From Candidatus Curtissbacteria bacterium (lineage in GTDB: Bacteria; Patescibacteriota; Microgenomatia; Curtissbacterales; GWA2-41-24): a stretch of 64,000 nt of DNA. The stretch covers positions 136,718 through 200,717 of the forward strand of contig JAUSJC010000010.1 in assembly GCA_030647775.1 (NCBI GenBank). Direction: 5' to 3'. The notes under the pieces are model-generated. The model did not search any database and had not been told where the DNA came from. It saw nothing but the letters and a program-made list of their open reading frames with translations. A program made the position numbers and the translations under genes. How positions within the stretch are numbered: position 1 is the stretch's first letter; each line of letters starts with the position of its first letter. Below are positions 10,701-20,625 of the stretch, one piece after another.

Positions 10701-11468
10701 GAACCCGGTACCCAGCTTACCATGAGAACATTCCATACCGGCGGTATCGTTGGTCTTGATATTACCCAGGGCTTGCCGCGTGTTGAAGAACTTCTTGAAG
10801 CCCGCGTTCCCAAATACGCCGCCCAGATTTCCGAAATTGCCGGCAAAGTTAAGATCGAAGAATCCGAAGAAGGCTACACGGTTAAAATCAAAAGTACCAA
10901 CATTAAGCCGCCGGTCGAACGCGAATACTTTATTCCGCCAACTTCCGAGCTTACTGTCACAGATGGCGATTTGGTAGCCGCCGGTACTGCGCTTTCGGCA
11001 GGATACTTGGATATTAAAGAAGTCCTTAGTATTTCCGGTCTCCGCCAGGCCCAGCAATACATTATCGACGGTACCCAGGAAGTCTACGAAAGCCAGGGCG
11101 TTGCCATCAACGACAAGCACTTTGAAGCAATCGTTAAGAAAATGAGTGAAAAGGTCAGGATCGAAACCCCCGGCGACACCGTTCTTTTGCCCGGGGAATT
11201 AATCGATAAAAACCGGTTCCAGGAAGAAAACACTAAAGTTCTGGCAGAAGGCGGCGAACCGGCAACGGCCCAGGTTGTCATCTTGGGTATTACGCGCGCG
11301 GCCCTTTACACCGAAAGCTTCCTTTCGGCTGCTTCCTTCCAGGAGACTACCCGTGTCTTAACCGACGCCGCCATCGAAGGCAAAACTGACCGCTTAATCG
11401 GCCTTAAAGAAAATGTCATCATCGGTCGTCTCATCCCGACTTCTCCGGAAAGAGCAGCGATAAAATAA
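7782..11468 (+). CDS. rpoC: RNA polymerase beta' subunit
   Basis: Zinc finger CYCGKY..CDKC, NADFDGDQM, GEPGTQLTMRTFH. Confidence 0.99.
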   Translation: MNELIDFEALKLTLASLDDIKTWSFGEVTKPETINYRTLKPEKDGLFDERIFGPTKDWECYCGKYKRIRYRGIICDKCGVEVTQSRVRRERMGHITLAAPVVHNWFFKGSPSKLGLLLDISPRSLDAVVYFASYMVITVDQDKKKEVIKALEGELDRKRKELQADLKKQIDQEAKDTKKEIDRIKSKDAKAREQVDLKIEEMSLASRQRQAKLRDENVQEVSRLEEIYKNITSMVNAIKPLDLLSEDEYMKLEDYDASGFAKVGMGAEAVLQVLETLDLSKLSASLREEISRITGQKHIKATKKLRVVEGMRKAGVMPSAMIIKILPVLPPDLRPMVQLSGGRFATSDLNDLYRRVINRNNRLKKLIELGAPEIILRNEKRMLQEAVDALIDSQRVKLTRASKELRSLSDMLRGKQGRFRQNLLGKRVDYSGRSVIVVGPELSLNQVGIPKEMALEMFKPFVLREVIGQGLAPNVKSAKHFMERRSGEVWDILEGITKNHPVLLNRAPTLHRLGIQAFFPILIEGSAIRVHPCVCAGFNADFDGDQMAVHVPLSKASQEEAIALMMSAKNLLRPADGSPITLPNKEMALGIYYLTSIDPAVSANENIFDDERQVVLAKELGKIAVRQKIKLRLGKDVLETSAGRVLFNMQLPFQMRFINETVSAAYIKRIINSAIDGIAEEEVIELIDRLKNLGFEGATFSGLSVSVFDCLIVSEKPIIIARAEKEVEGIEKNFKLGLITKDEEKRLSQEVWLSVTNEIADLTWRSLPFDNSIKIISDSGGSRATAEQVKQLSAIRGLVTDPSGQIVPLPIKSNFREGLSVFEYFTSARGARKGLADRAIKTAESGYLTRRLVDVAHDAIVRMEDCGTKAGITISKTDKRQAAFGLRLVGRVAAADILSPKNKKAIVAAGSQILESSLPEIDAAGITSVQVRSVLTCEAKYGLCAQCYGRDLVTREMVALGTPVGVIAAQSIGEPGTQLTMRTFHTGGIVGLDITQGLPRVEELLEARVPKYAAQISEIAGKVKIEESEEGYTVKIKSTNIKPPVEREYFIPPTSELTVTDGDLVAAGTALSAGYLDIKEVLSISGLRQAQQYIIDGTQEVYESQGVAINDKHFEAIVKKMSEKVRIETPGDTVLLPGELIDKNRFQEENTKVLAEGGEPATAQVVILGITRAALYTESFLSAASFQETTRVLTDAAIEGKTDRLIGLKENVIIGRLIPTSPERAAIK

Positions 11469-11470
11469 TC

Positions 11471-11575
11471 ATGATCTGCTATAATTCGAGCTTAAGCGAG
11501 AATTACAAGCTCTCTTATTTCGAACTTGTGAGAAACAAGCTCTCTTATAATCTCAACCTTGTATGCCAACAGTAA
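11471..11575 (+). other. Candidate bridging micro-ORF (34 aa) across the rpoC-rpsL repeat spacer
   Basis: ATG 2 nt after the rpoC stop; TAA overlaps rpsL by 13 nt; spans a tandem aagctctcttat repeat. Confidence 0.45.
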
Positions 11576-12060
11576 ACCAATTAATTAGACACGGCCGACA
11601 TAATAAGATAAAACGTATTCACGCTACGGCGCTTCGTCGTGCTTTCAACTCCAAAGACAACCGCTACACATATTACCCGTCCGGTCAAAAGCGGGGAGTT
11701 TGCACCGTTGTCAAAACGATGACCCCCAGAAAACCCAATTCCGCTCTTCGTAAAGTTGCCCGTGTCAGGCTTTCCAATAAACAGGAAATTACTGCCTATA
11801 TTCCGGGTATTGGCCATGAACTGGCTGAACACTCAGTCGTTCTAGTTAGAGGAGGTAGGGTCAAAGACCTACCTGGTGTTAAATACCACATTATCCGCGG
11901 CAAATACGACGCTTCCGGAGTCAACAACAGAAAACAATCCAGATCGCTGTATGGAACCAAAAAATCCGGTGCCACAACCGGCAAGCAGGCTGCCGCTACA
12001 GTTGGCGCTAAAGCCGCCGCTCAGTCAGCTGCTCCCGAGGGAGGTACCGCAGGTGCCTAG
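11563..12060 (+). CDS. rpsL: 30S ribosomal protein S12 with Ala-rich C-terminal tail
   Basis: [19 protein letters not shown]. Confidence 0.99.
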   Translation: MPTVNQLIRHGRHNKIKRIHATALRRAFNSKDNRYTYYPSGQKRGVCTVVKTMTPRKPNSALRKVARVRLSNKQEITAYIPGIGHELAEHSVVLVRGGRVKDLPGVKYHIIRGKYDASGVNNRKQSRSLYGTKKSGATTGKQAAATVGAKAAAQSAAPEGGTAGA

Positions 12061-12559
12061 AACTGGACACGTTAGAAAAATCAACGTCGCTCCCGACCCG
12101 ATTTACCAAAATACGGTTGTTGCCAAACTCATCAATAAAATCATGGTGGAAGGCAAAAAGTCCCTCGCCCAGAAAATTGTTTATGGAGCGTTCGACCTGA
12201 TTAAACTTAAAGGCCAGGATCCGGTTGCCACTTTCGAAAAAGCTTTGGAAAACGTTTCCCCGAAAACCGAAGTCAGGCCAAGAAGAGTCGGTGGGGCTTC
12301 ATACATGGTCCCGATCGAAGTCCGCGGCCCGCGCCGTCAGGCTCTTGCCATTTCCTGGCTTGTCCAGGCATCCCGTGCCCGAAGCCTCAAAGAAGTAGAT
12401 AGGGCAGTCGAAGGGCTTAAAAATAAACCCTTGGCCATTTCCAAACTGGCCACCGAAATTTTAGAAGCAGCGGCAGGCAGCGGTAAAGCCGTCGCCAAAA
12501 AAGAGGATATTCACCGCATGGCCGAAGCCAACAAGGCTTTCTCCCACTTCCGCTGGTAA
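12053..12559 (+). CDS. rpsG: 30S ribosomal protein S7
   Basis: GTG at 12053 after GGAGG; [18 protein letters not shown]. Confidence 0.98.
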   Translation: MPRTGHVRKINVAPDPIYQNTVVAKLINKIMVEGKKSLAQKIVYGAFDLIKLKGQDPVATFEKALENVSPKTEVRPRRVGGASYMVPIEVRGPRRQALAISWLVQASRARSLKEVDRAVEGLKNKPLAISKLATEILEAAAGSGKAVAKKEDIHRMAEANKAFSHFRW

Positions 12560-12598
12560 TCTATCTAAGCTCGTTTCTATCATAAAACTGCCTGAATA

Positions 12599-14113
12599 AT
12601 GACAGGTTTAATTGACAGCGAACATCAACCACTTAATACTCTTACAGTAGAACTTCAGGCAGAACTTGGGTTTGAATACGATGCGAACCACGAGTGGTTA
12701 TTCAGTGATCATTTTGCATCGGTCGGTAGTGGTGATATTTATGAATTTTTACCGGCAAAAGTCAGAATTTCAGCAGATGGAACTCGATATCAAATTGGGG
12801 CAAGAAGAGTAGACATCGAAGGTCTTTTAAAGCTCGCCCGTTTAATAAATCCCCAATCACAAGGCATAGATACGGTTATAAATTTTTGGAACGGCCGTGG
12901 TGAAGTTAAAACAACAGCCGACGACGAGTTCATTTATATGGAAATAGGCATTGAACCAACTGCTGAAGGTTTAGAAAAAAAATACGATGTTTTAGGCGGT
13001 GCTTGGTACACAGCACTTTCTGCAGCTGTCAAAAATTTAACTTTCGAGCAAATGCAAAAAGATAGATGGTTTGGCGTCTCTATCAGAAATGTCTTGGGTG
13101 ACACCGAGGGTAACACAATGCAAAGCAGAAGAGTAATTTTCGGCCGCAGCCTCATTGAATCTTTTGAAGATCGAGAAAGTGAATTAGACGAAATGCCAGC
13201 GGAAACATTTAGAAGGGATACAGACAGTATGGCACCCAATTTAAGAGAATACCCGATTGGTTTTGATATTTTTGGTCTGGATAAAATGCCGGGGAGTTTA
13301 AAGTACAGAGGTATTGAAAGAAAGTCAGATGAGCTTTCACTCGGAACAAGAATTCAAGTTTATCATGACCCTAGTGGGCATTTTGCCGAAATTAATAACT
13401 ATCTACATAATTATAATTTTGAAACGCGTGAGTGGGAACGCGACAACTCCTTAAGATTAAAGCTTTTAGCCCCAGAAGGCACTGAACTTGACACTGTAGA
13501 TGATCTTAGAAGGGTCAAAAAAGCTCGACTAGTTGATAACGAATATAAAACTGAAACAGAGTACGACGTAACTGTCGCTGTTGATGATCATAGCTTACAT
13601 ATCGAATCTTCAGATGGAGAACTTGTCATAGTCCTAGGAGAACCGGGTTGTTTTGAGTGCAAAACTCCTTTATGGAAATTTCCTCATCAAAGGTACGTCG
13701 AAAAAACAAAAGGAATAGACTTTAAAACCATTAATAACCATGTGAGCGGCCATGATCAAAATGGATTAGATAGGTATTTTTTTTCGGAACAGGAAGGTCA
13801 AAGGGCAAAAGTATATTGCGCCGATTGTATTCCACAAAAAGTTGAAGATTATTTGCTGACGCATCCTTATGCCCATGAAGCGACTGCGCGAGGAATAATC
13901 CGAAAGCGTTTAGATGACGCGGGATATGGAGACGTGCAAATATGGCGAGATATGCTATCTCATACTGAGGGCAAATGGGTTGGAGAGGCCGTTATCCATT
14001 ATGAAAGAGACGGTCGCCAAATCACCAGATGTCCAGGAAGATTTGCCCTGACTGATGATGGCAAGTTTGAACCGGAGCTAATATCTCCAGAAGCTGCAAA
14101 TTTTAGGGCTTAA
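12599..14113 (+). CDS. Hypothetical protein, 504 aa, acidic, with two CxxC motifs
   Basis: Long ORF between rpsG and fusA; CFEC and CADC; no recognised family. Confidence 0.8.
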   Translation: MTGLIDSEHQPLNTLTVELQAELGFEYDANHEWLFSDHFASVGSGDIYEFLPAKVRISADGTRYQIGARRVDIEGLLKLARLINPQSQGIDTVINFWNGRGEVKTTADDEFIYMEIGIEPTAEGLEKKYDVLGGAWYTALSAAVKNLTFEQMQKDRWFGVSIRNVLGDTEGNTMQSRRVIFGRSLIESFEDRESELDEMPAETFRRDTDSMAPNLREYPIGFDIFGLDKMPGSLKYRGIERKSDELSLGTRIQVYHDPSGHFAEINNYLHNYNFETREWERDNSLRLKLLAPEGTELDTVDDLRRVKKARLVDNEYKTETEYDVTVAVDDHSLHIESSDGELVIVLGEPGCFECKTPLWKFPHQRYVEKTKGIDFKTINNHVSGHDQNGLDRYFFSEQEGQRAKVYCADCIPQKVEDYLLTHPYAHEATARGIIRKRLDDAGYGDVQIWRDMLSHTEGKWVGEAVIHYERDGRQITRCPGRFALTDDGKFEPELISPEAANFRA

Positions 14114-14269
14114 TCTCGACTTGAAAGCTAAAGTGTGTTAGAATTTGCCCTTGTGATTTCAAGACTATCCACTTGCCCGAGTGAACACTTTCTGCTTAAA
14201 TAGGAAAATCGTATTTTGATTGATCTAATTACTAATTTCGAATTTATGAGAAATAAGCTCTCTTATTAA

Positions 14270-14370
14270 CCTAAATCCTAAATAAATCCCAATTAGTAAA
14301 TGGTCCAAAATTTAGAAATTAGAGCATTAGAAAATTATTTAAAAATTAAAAATTAGAAATTAAAAATTTT
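14270..14370. repeat. AT-rich low-complexity repeat (aaatccta / ttagaaa units)
   Basis: Short direct and inverted units. Confidence 0.6.
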
Positions 14371-14619
14371 ATGCCAAATATACCGACAAAAGGTCAAAAA
14401 TTAAAAGAACTTAAAAAGAAGCTTCACGAGTTGGAAGAAATTAAACTCAAAGAAGCTTTAGCCCGCTATGGCGAAGCTTTCCAGGAAACCTCAGCTCCGG
14501 GCGAAAGCGCAGCCTGGGAACTTGCCGACGAAGAAGTTTCCGTACTGCGGGCAATGGTTGCCGAAATTAAATCCGAAATTAAAAACCTCGAGCACCCGTT
14601 CCCCAAACCCAATAACTAA
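14371..14619 (+). CDS. GreA N-terminal coiled-coil-like protein lacking the C-terminal domain
   Basis: T.G.KLKEL..L....EA....[11 protein letters not shown]...L.A...EI resembles GreA GDLSENAEY..A. Confidence 0.65.
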   Translation: MPNIPTKGQKLKELKKKLHELEEIKLKEALARYGEAFQETSAPGESAAWELADEEVSVLRAMVAEIKSEIKNLEHPFPKPNN

Positions 14620-14630
14620 TTCATAAAAAT

Positions 14631-16775
14631 ATGGCCGCTGCTACTTCTAACCGTCAATATCCGCTCGAACGAATCAGAAACATCGGCATTATTGCCCATA
14701 TCGACGCCGGCAAAACCACCACAACCGAGCGCATTTTGTACTACACCGGTAAAACTTACAAACTGGGCGACATCGATGCGGGAACCACCGTTACCGATTG
14801 GATGGAGCAGGAAAAAGAACGCGGTATCACTATTGTCTCGGCCGCTATCACCACATTTTGGACGCCGACATCCGGTCCATACAAAGATATTGAGGCCCGC
14901 ATTAATATTATTGATACCCCCGGCCACGTCGATTTCACAGCCGAAGTCGAAAGGTCTCTGCGGGTTCTTGATGGCGGTGTTACAGTTCTTGATGCCGAAG
15001 AAGGCGTCCAGTCACAATCCGAAACTGTCTGGCGGCAGGCCGATAAATACAAAGTTCCCAGAATTTGTTTTGTAAACAAAATGGATAAAATGGGCGCCGA
15101 TTATTTTGCCACCTTAAAATCAATCCGCGACCGGCTGGGGGCTCCCGCTTATCCTTACAACATCCCGCTTGGCAAGGAAAACGATTTTAAAGGCGTCATC
15201 GACCTCTTAACCAAAAAAGCCTATACCTGGGATGAAGATGATAAAACCGGAATGAAGTTTACCGAAGTGCCAATTCCGGATGACCAAAAGGGGAATTGCC
15301 AAAAGTATCGTCACGAACTCGTTGAAAAAATTGCCGAAACCGACGATGCCCTAATCGAAAAGTATCTGGCCGGCGAGGAGATTGAGGTTAATGAACTTAA
15401 ATCCGCCCTCCGCCAGGCAGTTATTGAATATAAAATTGTCCCGGTTCTTGCCGGTTCGTCGCTCAGGAATAAAGGTGTCCAGCCGCTTTTGGATGCCGTT
15501 GTCGAATTATTGCCATCTCCGGTCGATATTGCCGAAATTAAGGGTACAAATCCAAAGACGGGTGAAGAAGAGGAGAGGAAACAGGTTTCCGATGCTCCAT
15601 TTTGTGGTCTGGCTTTTAAAATTCAAATCGATCCGCATGTCGGTAAACTCACTTATGTCCGTGTCTATTCCGGCGTTTTAAAGTCCGGCACAACCGTTGC
15701 CAATACTAGCAAACACGACAAGGAAAGAATCGGCCGTTTGCTCCTAATGCATGCCGACAAAAGGGAAGAAATTACCGAAGCCTATGCCGGTGAAATTGTC
15801 GGTGTCGTCGGTCTTAAATCAACCGGGACCGGTGACACTCTTTGTGACGAGTCAGCTCCAATCATTTTAGAATCAATTTCTTTTCCGGATCCGGTTATTT
15901 CGCTGGCTATCGAACCGGCAACCAAAGCCGACCAGGAAAAACTTGGGTATGCTCTTGGAAGACTTTCCGAAGAAGACCCGACTTTCAAAATTAAAGGTGA
16001 TCCCGAAACGGGGCAAACAATTATCTCCGGTATGGGCGAACTCCACCTGGAAATTTTGGTAGACCGTATGAAAAGGGAATTCAATGTCGCCGCCAATGTC
16101 GGTGCTCCTCAAGTAGCTTATAAGGAAACCATTAAAGAAATTGCTAAAGGTGAAGGCAAGTACATTAAGCAATCCGGCGGCCGGGGTCAATACGGTCACT
16201 GTTTTATTAGGGTTGAACCTCGGGGCCGCGGTGAAGGTTACGAATATATTTCCGAAATAAAGGGTGCCGCTATTCCTAACGAATACATTGGCTCGATCGA
16301 TAAAGGCATCAAAGAGAAAATGGAAATGGGTGTTATGGCCGGCTACCCGATGGTTGATATTAAAGCCGCCGTTTACGACGGTTCGTACCACGATGTCGAT
16401 TCGAGTGATGTTGCCTTTAAAATTGCAGGCTCCATGGCCTTTGAAGATGCTGTCAAAAAGGCCAATCTCGTTCTCTTGGAACCAATCATGAAAGTTGAAG
16501 TCACGATCCCCGAAGAATTTATGGGCGATGTCATCGGCGATCTTAGCGCCAAACGTGCCCAAATTCATGGCAGTGACCACCACGGCAACAGTGTCATTAT
16601 CAATGCGTTAGTTCCCTTGGCCGAAATGTCCGGCTACGTCACGACTCTGCGCTCCATGACTCAAGGCCGCGGTTCCGTCTACATGGAACCTTCCCACTAC
16701 GAAGAAGTCCCGGCAAATATAGCGGATAAGATTGTTGCTAAGGTGAAAGGTGAGAGCACCTCAAAAGAAAGTTGA
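14631..16775 (+). CDS. fusA: Elongation factor G
   Basis: [29 protein letters not shown]. Confidence 0.99.
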   Translation: MAAATSNRQYPLERIRNIGIIAHIDAGKTTTTERILYYTGKTYKLGDIDAGTTVTDWMEQEKERGITIVSAAITTFWTPTSGPYKDIEARINIIDTPGHVDFTAEVERSLRVLDGGVTVLDAEEGVQSQSETVWRQADKYKVPRICFVNKMDKMGADYFATLKSIRDRLGAPAYPYNIPLGKENDFKGVIDLLTKKAYTWDEDDKTGMKFTEVPIPDDQKGNCQKYRHELVEKIAETDDALIEKYLAGEEIEVNELKSALRQAVIEYKIVPVLAGSSLRNKGVQPLLDAVVELLPSPVDIAEIKGTNPKTGEEEERKQVSDAPFCGLAFKIQIDPHVGKLTYVRVYSGVLKSGTTVANTSKHDKERIGRLLLMHADKREEITEAYAGEIVGVVGLKSTGTGDTLCDESAPIILESISFPDPVISLAIEPATKADQEKLGYALGRLSEEDPTFKIKGDPETGQTIISGMGELHLEILVDRMKREFNVAANVGAPQVAYKETIKEIAKGEGKYIKQSGGRGQYGHCFIRVEPRGRGEGYEYISEIKGAAIPNEYIGSIDKGIKEKMEMGVMAGYPMVDIKAAVYDGSYHDVDSSDVAFKIAGSMAFEDAVKKANLVLLEPIMKVEVTIPEEFMGDVIGDLSAKRAQIHGSDHHGNSVIINALVPLAEMSGYVTTLRSMTQGRGSVYMEPSHYEEVPANIADKIVAKVKGESTSKES

Positions 16776-16778
16776 GCA

Positions 16779-17024
16779 TGTCATCCTGAACTTGATTCAG
16801 GATCTGTAGTTCTCGCTTCGCTCGAACAATAAGCCCAATTAACAATCAACCATCAACAATGAACAATTACTTTTCCCACTTGCATTTGCAAGCATTTTTA
16901 ATTAAACTTATCAGACTTGAATCCGAATTCATCCTAATTATTAGTCCGAATTTATTCGAATTAATTTTGAGCCTGCGAAAAATAAGCTCTCTTATTAGGA
17001 GTAAAAATTCGGATAAATTTGTGT
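16779..17024. repeat. Cluster of palindromic repeats in the fusA-tuf spacer
   Basis: tgtcatcctgaacttgattcaggatct; tagttctcgcttcgctcgaacaataa; atccgaatt...ttcggataaatt. Confidence 0.8.
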
Positions 17025-17028
17025 ATAA

Positions 17029-18213
17029 ATGGCTACTGGCAAATACGTAAGAAATAAACCACACGTTAATATCGGAACCATTGGTCACGTCGACCATGGC
17101 AAAACCACACTAACGGCGGCTATCACAAGCTGGGCCGCTTCCAAAGGATTTGGCGAAAAAAGGGCCTACGACCAGATTGACAATGCTCCCGAAGAAAAAG
17201 CCCGTGGTATCACCATCAACATTACCCACGTCGAATATGAAACCGCCAAACGCCACTACGCCCACATCGATGCCCCTGGTCACGCCGATTACATTAAAAA
17301 CATGATCACCGGCGCCGCCCAAATGGATGGCGCAATTCTAGTCGTTTCCGCTCCGGACGGCCCGATGCCTCAAACAAGGGAACACGTTCTTTTGGCAAAA
17401 CAGGTAAACGTTCCGGCAATTGTCGTTTTCTTAAACAAATGCGACATGGTTCAGGATGCCGAGCTTCTTGACCTTGTCGAAATGGAAGTTAGGGAACTTC
17501 TCGATAAATACGAATTCGACGGCAAAAACGCTACCATAATCCGCGGTTCCGCTAAAAAAGCCTTGGAAGGCGACGCCGAAGCCATGAAAGCAATTGAAGA
17601 CCTGATGAATGCTGTTGACGAAAAAATCCCAACCCCTGTTCGAGACCTTGAGAAGCCATTTATCATGCCTGTCGAAGACGTTTTCTCAATCAAAGGCCGC
17701 GGCACGGTTGTTACCGGAAGAATTGAAAGGGGAGTTGTTAAAGTTAACGACACCATTGAAATTGTCGGTATCCGCCCAACCAAATCAACAACCGTCACAG
17801 GCGTTGAAATGTTCAGAAAAGAGCTTGATCAAGGCCAAGCCGGCGACAACGTTGGCGTACTGCTCCGTGGTATTGAAAAAGATGACGTCGAACGCGGACA
17901 AGTTTTGGCAAAACCCGGCACCGCTACTCCTCACACCGAATTTGAAGCCGAAGTTTACATCCTAGCCAAAGAAGAAGGCGGCCGTCACACACCATTTTTC
18001 ACCGGCTACCGTCCGCAATTCTACATCAGGACTACAGACGTCACAGGCGAAGCCACTCTTCCGGAAGGTACCGAAATGGTTATGCCCGGCGACAACATTA
18101 AAATGAAAGTTAAACTTATTTCCCCCGTTGCTATGGAAGAAGGCCTGCGCTTTGCTATTCGCGAAGGCGGCCACACCGTCGGCGCCGGCGTAGTCTCTAA
18201 AATAATTGCCTAG
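17029..18213 (+). CDS. tuf: Elongation factor Tu
   Basis: [26 protein letters not shown]. Confidence 0.99.
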   Translation: MATGKYVRNKPHVNIGTIGHVDHGKTTLTAAITSWAASKGFGEKRAYDQIDNAPEEKARGITINITHVEYETAKRHYAHIDAPGHADYIKNMITGAAQMDGAILVVSAPDGPMPQTREHVLLAKQVNVPAIVVFLNKCDMVQDAELLDLVEMEVRELLDKYEFDGKNATIIRGSAKKALEGDAEAMKAIEDLMNAVDEKIPTPVRDLEKPFIMPVEDVFSIKGRGTVVTGRIERGVVKVNDTIEIVGIRPTKSTTVTGVEMFRKELDQGQAGDNVGVLLRGIEKDDVERGQVLAKPGTATPHTEFEAEVYILAKEEGGRHTPFFTGYRPQFYIRTTDVTGEATLPEGTEMVMPGDNIKMKVKLISPVAMEEGLRFAIREGGHTVGAGVVSKIIA

Positions 18214-18249
18214 GATCATAAGATCATTCGGTTTGCACAAGGGGCTATA

Positions 18250-18279
18250 GTCCTGAGTTGACCGAAGGATCTTTTTTTT
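18250..18279 (+). terminator. Repeat-derived putative intrinsic terminator after tuf
   Basis: gtcctgagttgaccgaaggat followed by a T8 run. Confidence 0.5.
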
Positions 18280-18295
18280 GATACAATTGCCCGCG

Positions 18296-18460
18296 TATTG
18301 TTCGAGTGAGAGCGAGAACTATTTATATGATAACAAGAAGTAGAGACTTCAAGCCTAACCGCTTTTATAAATAACTTCTAGACTCCATTATTTCTCGAAC
18401 ACTCAACTGTCATCCTGAATTTGTTTCAGGATCTAGATTCCGAAATGAATTCGGAATGAC
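18296..18460. repeat. REP-like palindromes upstream of rpsJ
   Basis: tattgttcgagtgagagcgagaactat (inverted copy of 16807/19875); tgtcatcctgaatttgtttcaggatct; attccgaaatgaattcggaat. Confidence 0.8.
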
Positions 18461-18493
18461 CAAATTTTAAAGGTAGCACATTAAAAGAAAATT

Positions 18494-18802
18494 ATGCCAA
18501 AAGGTAGAATTCGAGTTAGGTTAAAAGCATATGACGCGCGAGTAATCGATGCGGCGTGCAAAGACATCATTAATACGGCTTTGGGGACCGGCGCCAAAAT
18601 TTCCGGCCCAATCCCGCTGCCGACGAAGATTGAGAAATTTACTGTCACAACCAGCCCGCATACCGACAAAGATGCGCGTGAAGCATTTGAGATGCGAATC
18701 CATAAACGCCTAATTGACATAATTGAACCAACAAACAAAACGATCGACTCACTTACGCATCTCGAGTTACCCGCAGGGGTGGATATTGAGCTGAGAATGT
18801 AA
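18494..18802 (+). CDS. rpsJ: 30S ribosomal protein S10
   Basis: [24 protein letters not shown]. Confidence 0.99.
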   Translation: MPKGRIRVRLKAYDARVIDAACKDIINTALGTGAKISGPIPLPTKIEKFTVTTSPHTDKDAREAFEMRIHKRLIDIIEPTNKTIDSLTHLELPAGVDIELRM

Positions 18803-18822
18803 ACTAAATATTTTAAAAACCG

Positions 18823-18927
18823 TTAACGATTAAACGATCAAGTATCGACAATTGTTAAGGGGGCACCTGAAAACCTACGTTCATGTGAACTGAACGTAGC
18901 GGAATCTCAAGGAGTCCTACTTTTTTT
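18823..18927 (+). terminator. Structured rpsJ-rplC spacer ending in a U-tract (possible attenuator)
   Basis: Hairpin ttaacgatt/aattgttaa; large stem enclosing ctacgttca/tgaacgtag, then T7. Confidence 0.45.
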
Positions 18928-18930
18928 AGT

Positions 18931-19034
18931 ATCCGAATTGATCCGAATTCTTAATCCGAATGGACACGAATTCGTAACAAATTTAAAATAGCGCGTTAGG
19001 ATAAATTAGGACTAAAAATTAGGATAAATTTGGA
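18931..19034. repeat. atccgaatt/ggataaatt palindromic repeat; similar copies at 16920, 23214 and 39681
   Basis: Close match to 23214-23318. Confidence 0.8.
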
Positions 19035-19037
19035 AAA

Positions 19038-19787
19038 ATGGAGAACCAAATTAATACAATAATCGGCACCAAAGGCGCTATGTCTATGCGCTTTAATTCC
19101 CGTGGCCGGCAAATTCCGGTAACTTTTATAAATGCTGCGCCCAACCTAATTTTTGTTAATAAAAGCGGCCAATCCCAACTGACCTTCGGTCAAAAGAAAA
19201 AAGCAAAAAAAACAGAGAATGCTTATGTTAAATCTTTCGGATTTGCCCCCCGAAAAATTAAAGAAATTAAAAACCAACAGGAAATTAAAACCGGCGACAA
19301 GATAACAGTCGCCGTTTTTGCGCCGGGGGATGCAGTTAAGGTTACCGGTACTTCAAAAGGAAAAGGTTTCGCGGGTGGTATGAAAAGGTGGGGCTTCCAT
19401 GGAGGGCCAAAAACACACGGACAATCAGATAGGCACAGGTCTCCGGGTTCAATCGGCCAAACAACGACCCCGGGCCGCGTTTTCAAAGGCAAGAAAATGG
19501 CCGGTCATATGGGAAGCGAAACAAAATCCGTTAGAGGCCTGGAAGTTATAGAAATAGACGAGTCAAAAAATATTTTAGTCGTCAAAGGCGCAGTCCCCGG
19601 TGCCAAAAACGGTTTTCTCTTAATTGAAAAGATGGGCAAAGTTAAAACCTATGTTGCCCCTCCTCCACCACAAAAAGAAGATGAAGAGGAAGAAAAGAAA
19701 GCTGAAGTTGAAGAAGAAAAACAAGAAGAATCATCCTCCGCTGAAGCTACGGATGACAAGAAAGGAGATGAAAATGCCAGTAAGTAA
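19038..19787 (+). CDS. rplC: 50S ribosomal protein L3 with acidic C-terminal extension
   Basis: GKGFAGGMKRWGF, RSPGSIG, GKKMAGHMG. Confidence 0.99.
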   Translation: MENQINTIIGTKGAMSMRFNSRGRQIPVTFINAAPNLIFVNKSGQSQLTFGQKKKAKKTENAYVKSFGFAPRKIKEIKNQQEIKTGDKITVAVFAPGDAVKVTGTSKGKGFAGGMKRWGFHGGPKTHGQSDRHRSPGSIGQTTTPGRVFKGKKMAGHMGSETKSVRGLEVIEIDESKNILVVKGAVPGAKNGFLLIEKMGKVKTYVAPPPPQKEDEEEEKKAEVEEEKQEESSSAEATDDKKGDENASK

Positions 19788-20625
19788 AAGTACAAAAGTT
19801 GACGGAAAAGGTAAAATCAAAACCTTTTCCAGTCATCCTGAACGAAGTGAAGGAACTATAAAAGTGTCAAAAGATAGTTCTCGCTCTGCTCGAACAATAA
19901 CTCAAGATACGTCATTGCGAGGAGCGCAGGGACGAAGCAATCTCAAAACAGAGATCGCCACGACCCGGAAGACGGGCCTCGCGATGACAAAAGGTCAGCC
20001 GGCAAAAACAGGCGGACTCACTGTCAGTGTTTTTGATCTTACCGGGAAAAGTGTTGCAACTATAGCTTTACCAAAAGAAATTTTTGGGCAAACCCCAAAC
20101 AAAAATCTTTTGCACCAGGCGATCCATATTTACCAAGCCAACGCGATTGCCAATACTGCCCATACAAAAACACGCGGCGAAATCCGCGGCGGCGGTACAA
20201 AACCTTGGAAGCAAAAAGGAACAGGACGGGCACGCGCCGGATCAATTCGTTCCCCTCTTTGGGTTGGTGGTGGAATAACTTTTGGTCCCAGGACCAGCAG
20301 TGTCAAATTATCCCTTCCGACAAAAATGAAGCACAGCGCACTTATTTCGGCTCTTTCTGCCAAACGTGAGTCCGGCGCAGTTAAAGTTATTAAAAATATT
20401 GAAAAGCTTGAGCCAAAAACCAGAATTGTCGCCAATCTTCTTTCTAAATTAGAAACAAAAGGGAAAACGCTACTAGTGATTTCCCAAAAAAACCGAAACA
20501 TAAAACTGGCAACCAGAAATATCAAAGAGATCAGCGTAAGTACTCCCCAAAACTTGAATGCCTATGAAATTCTAAAAAGCAGAAACTTACTACTTTCCGC
20601 TGAATCGATTAACAAATTTAAATGA
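19774..20625 (+). CDS. rplD: 50S ribosomal protein L4 with a roughly 80-aa repeat-derived N-terminal extension
   Basis: KTRGEIRGGGTKPWKQKGTGRARAGS; ATG 19774 follows AAGGAG. Confidence 0.97.
   Translation: MPVSKSTKVDGKGKIKTFSSHPERSEGTIKVSKDSSRSARTITQDTSLRGAQGRSNLKTEIATTRKTGLAMTKGQPAKTGGLTVSVFDLTGKSVATIALPKEIFGQTPNKNLLHQAIHIYQANAIANTAHTKTRGEIRGGGTKPWKQKGTGRARAGSIRSPLWVGGGITFGPRTSSVKLSLPTKMKHSALISALSAKRESGAVKVIKNIEKLEPKTRIVANLLSKLETKGKTLLVISQKNRNIKLATRNIKEISVSTPQNLNAYEILKSRNLLLSAESINKFK
19793..19862 (+). repeat. 70-bp block identical to 22476-22545
   Basis: Base-by-base comparison; encodes KVDGKGKIKTFSSHPERSEGTIK in both genes. Confidence 0.97.

Noticed and set aside
11876-12052. Long N-terminal extensions of S7, and of S4, PurQ, MiaA and L4 from upstream starts in the ORF track
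   Set aside because: They overlap upstream genes; downstream starts fit the conserved N-termini or have an RBS.
12599-14113. Intron or homing endonuclease in the str operon
   Set aside because: rpsG and fusA are intact; no LAGLIDADG, GIY-YIG, HNH or reverse transcriptase motif recognised.
16859-17050. 63-aa ORF overlapping the tuf start as another bridging ORF
   Set aside because: It starts 83 nt after the fusA stop with no continuous chain, so it does not meet the bridging criterion.
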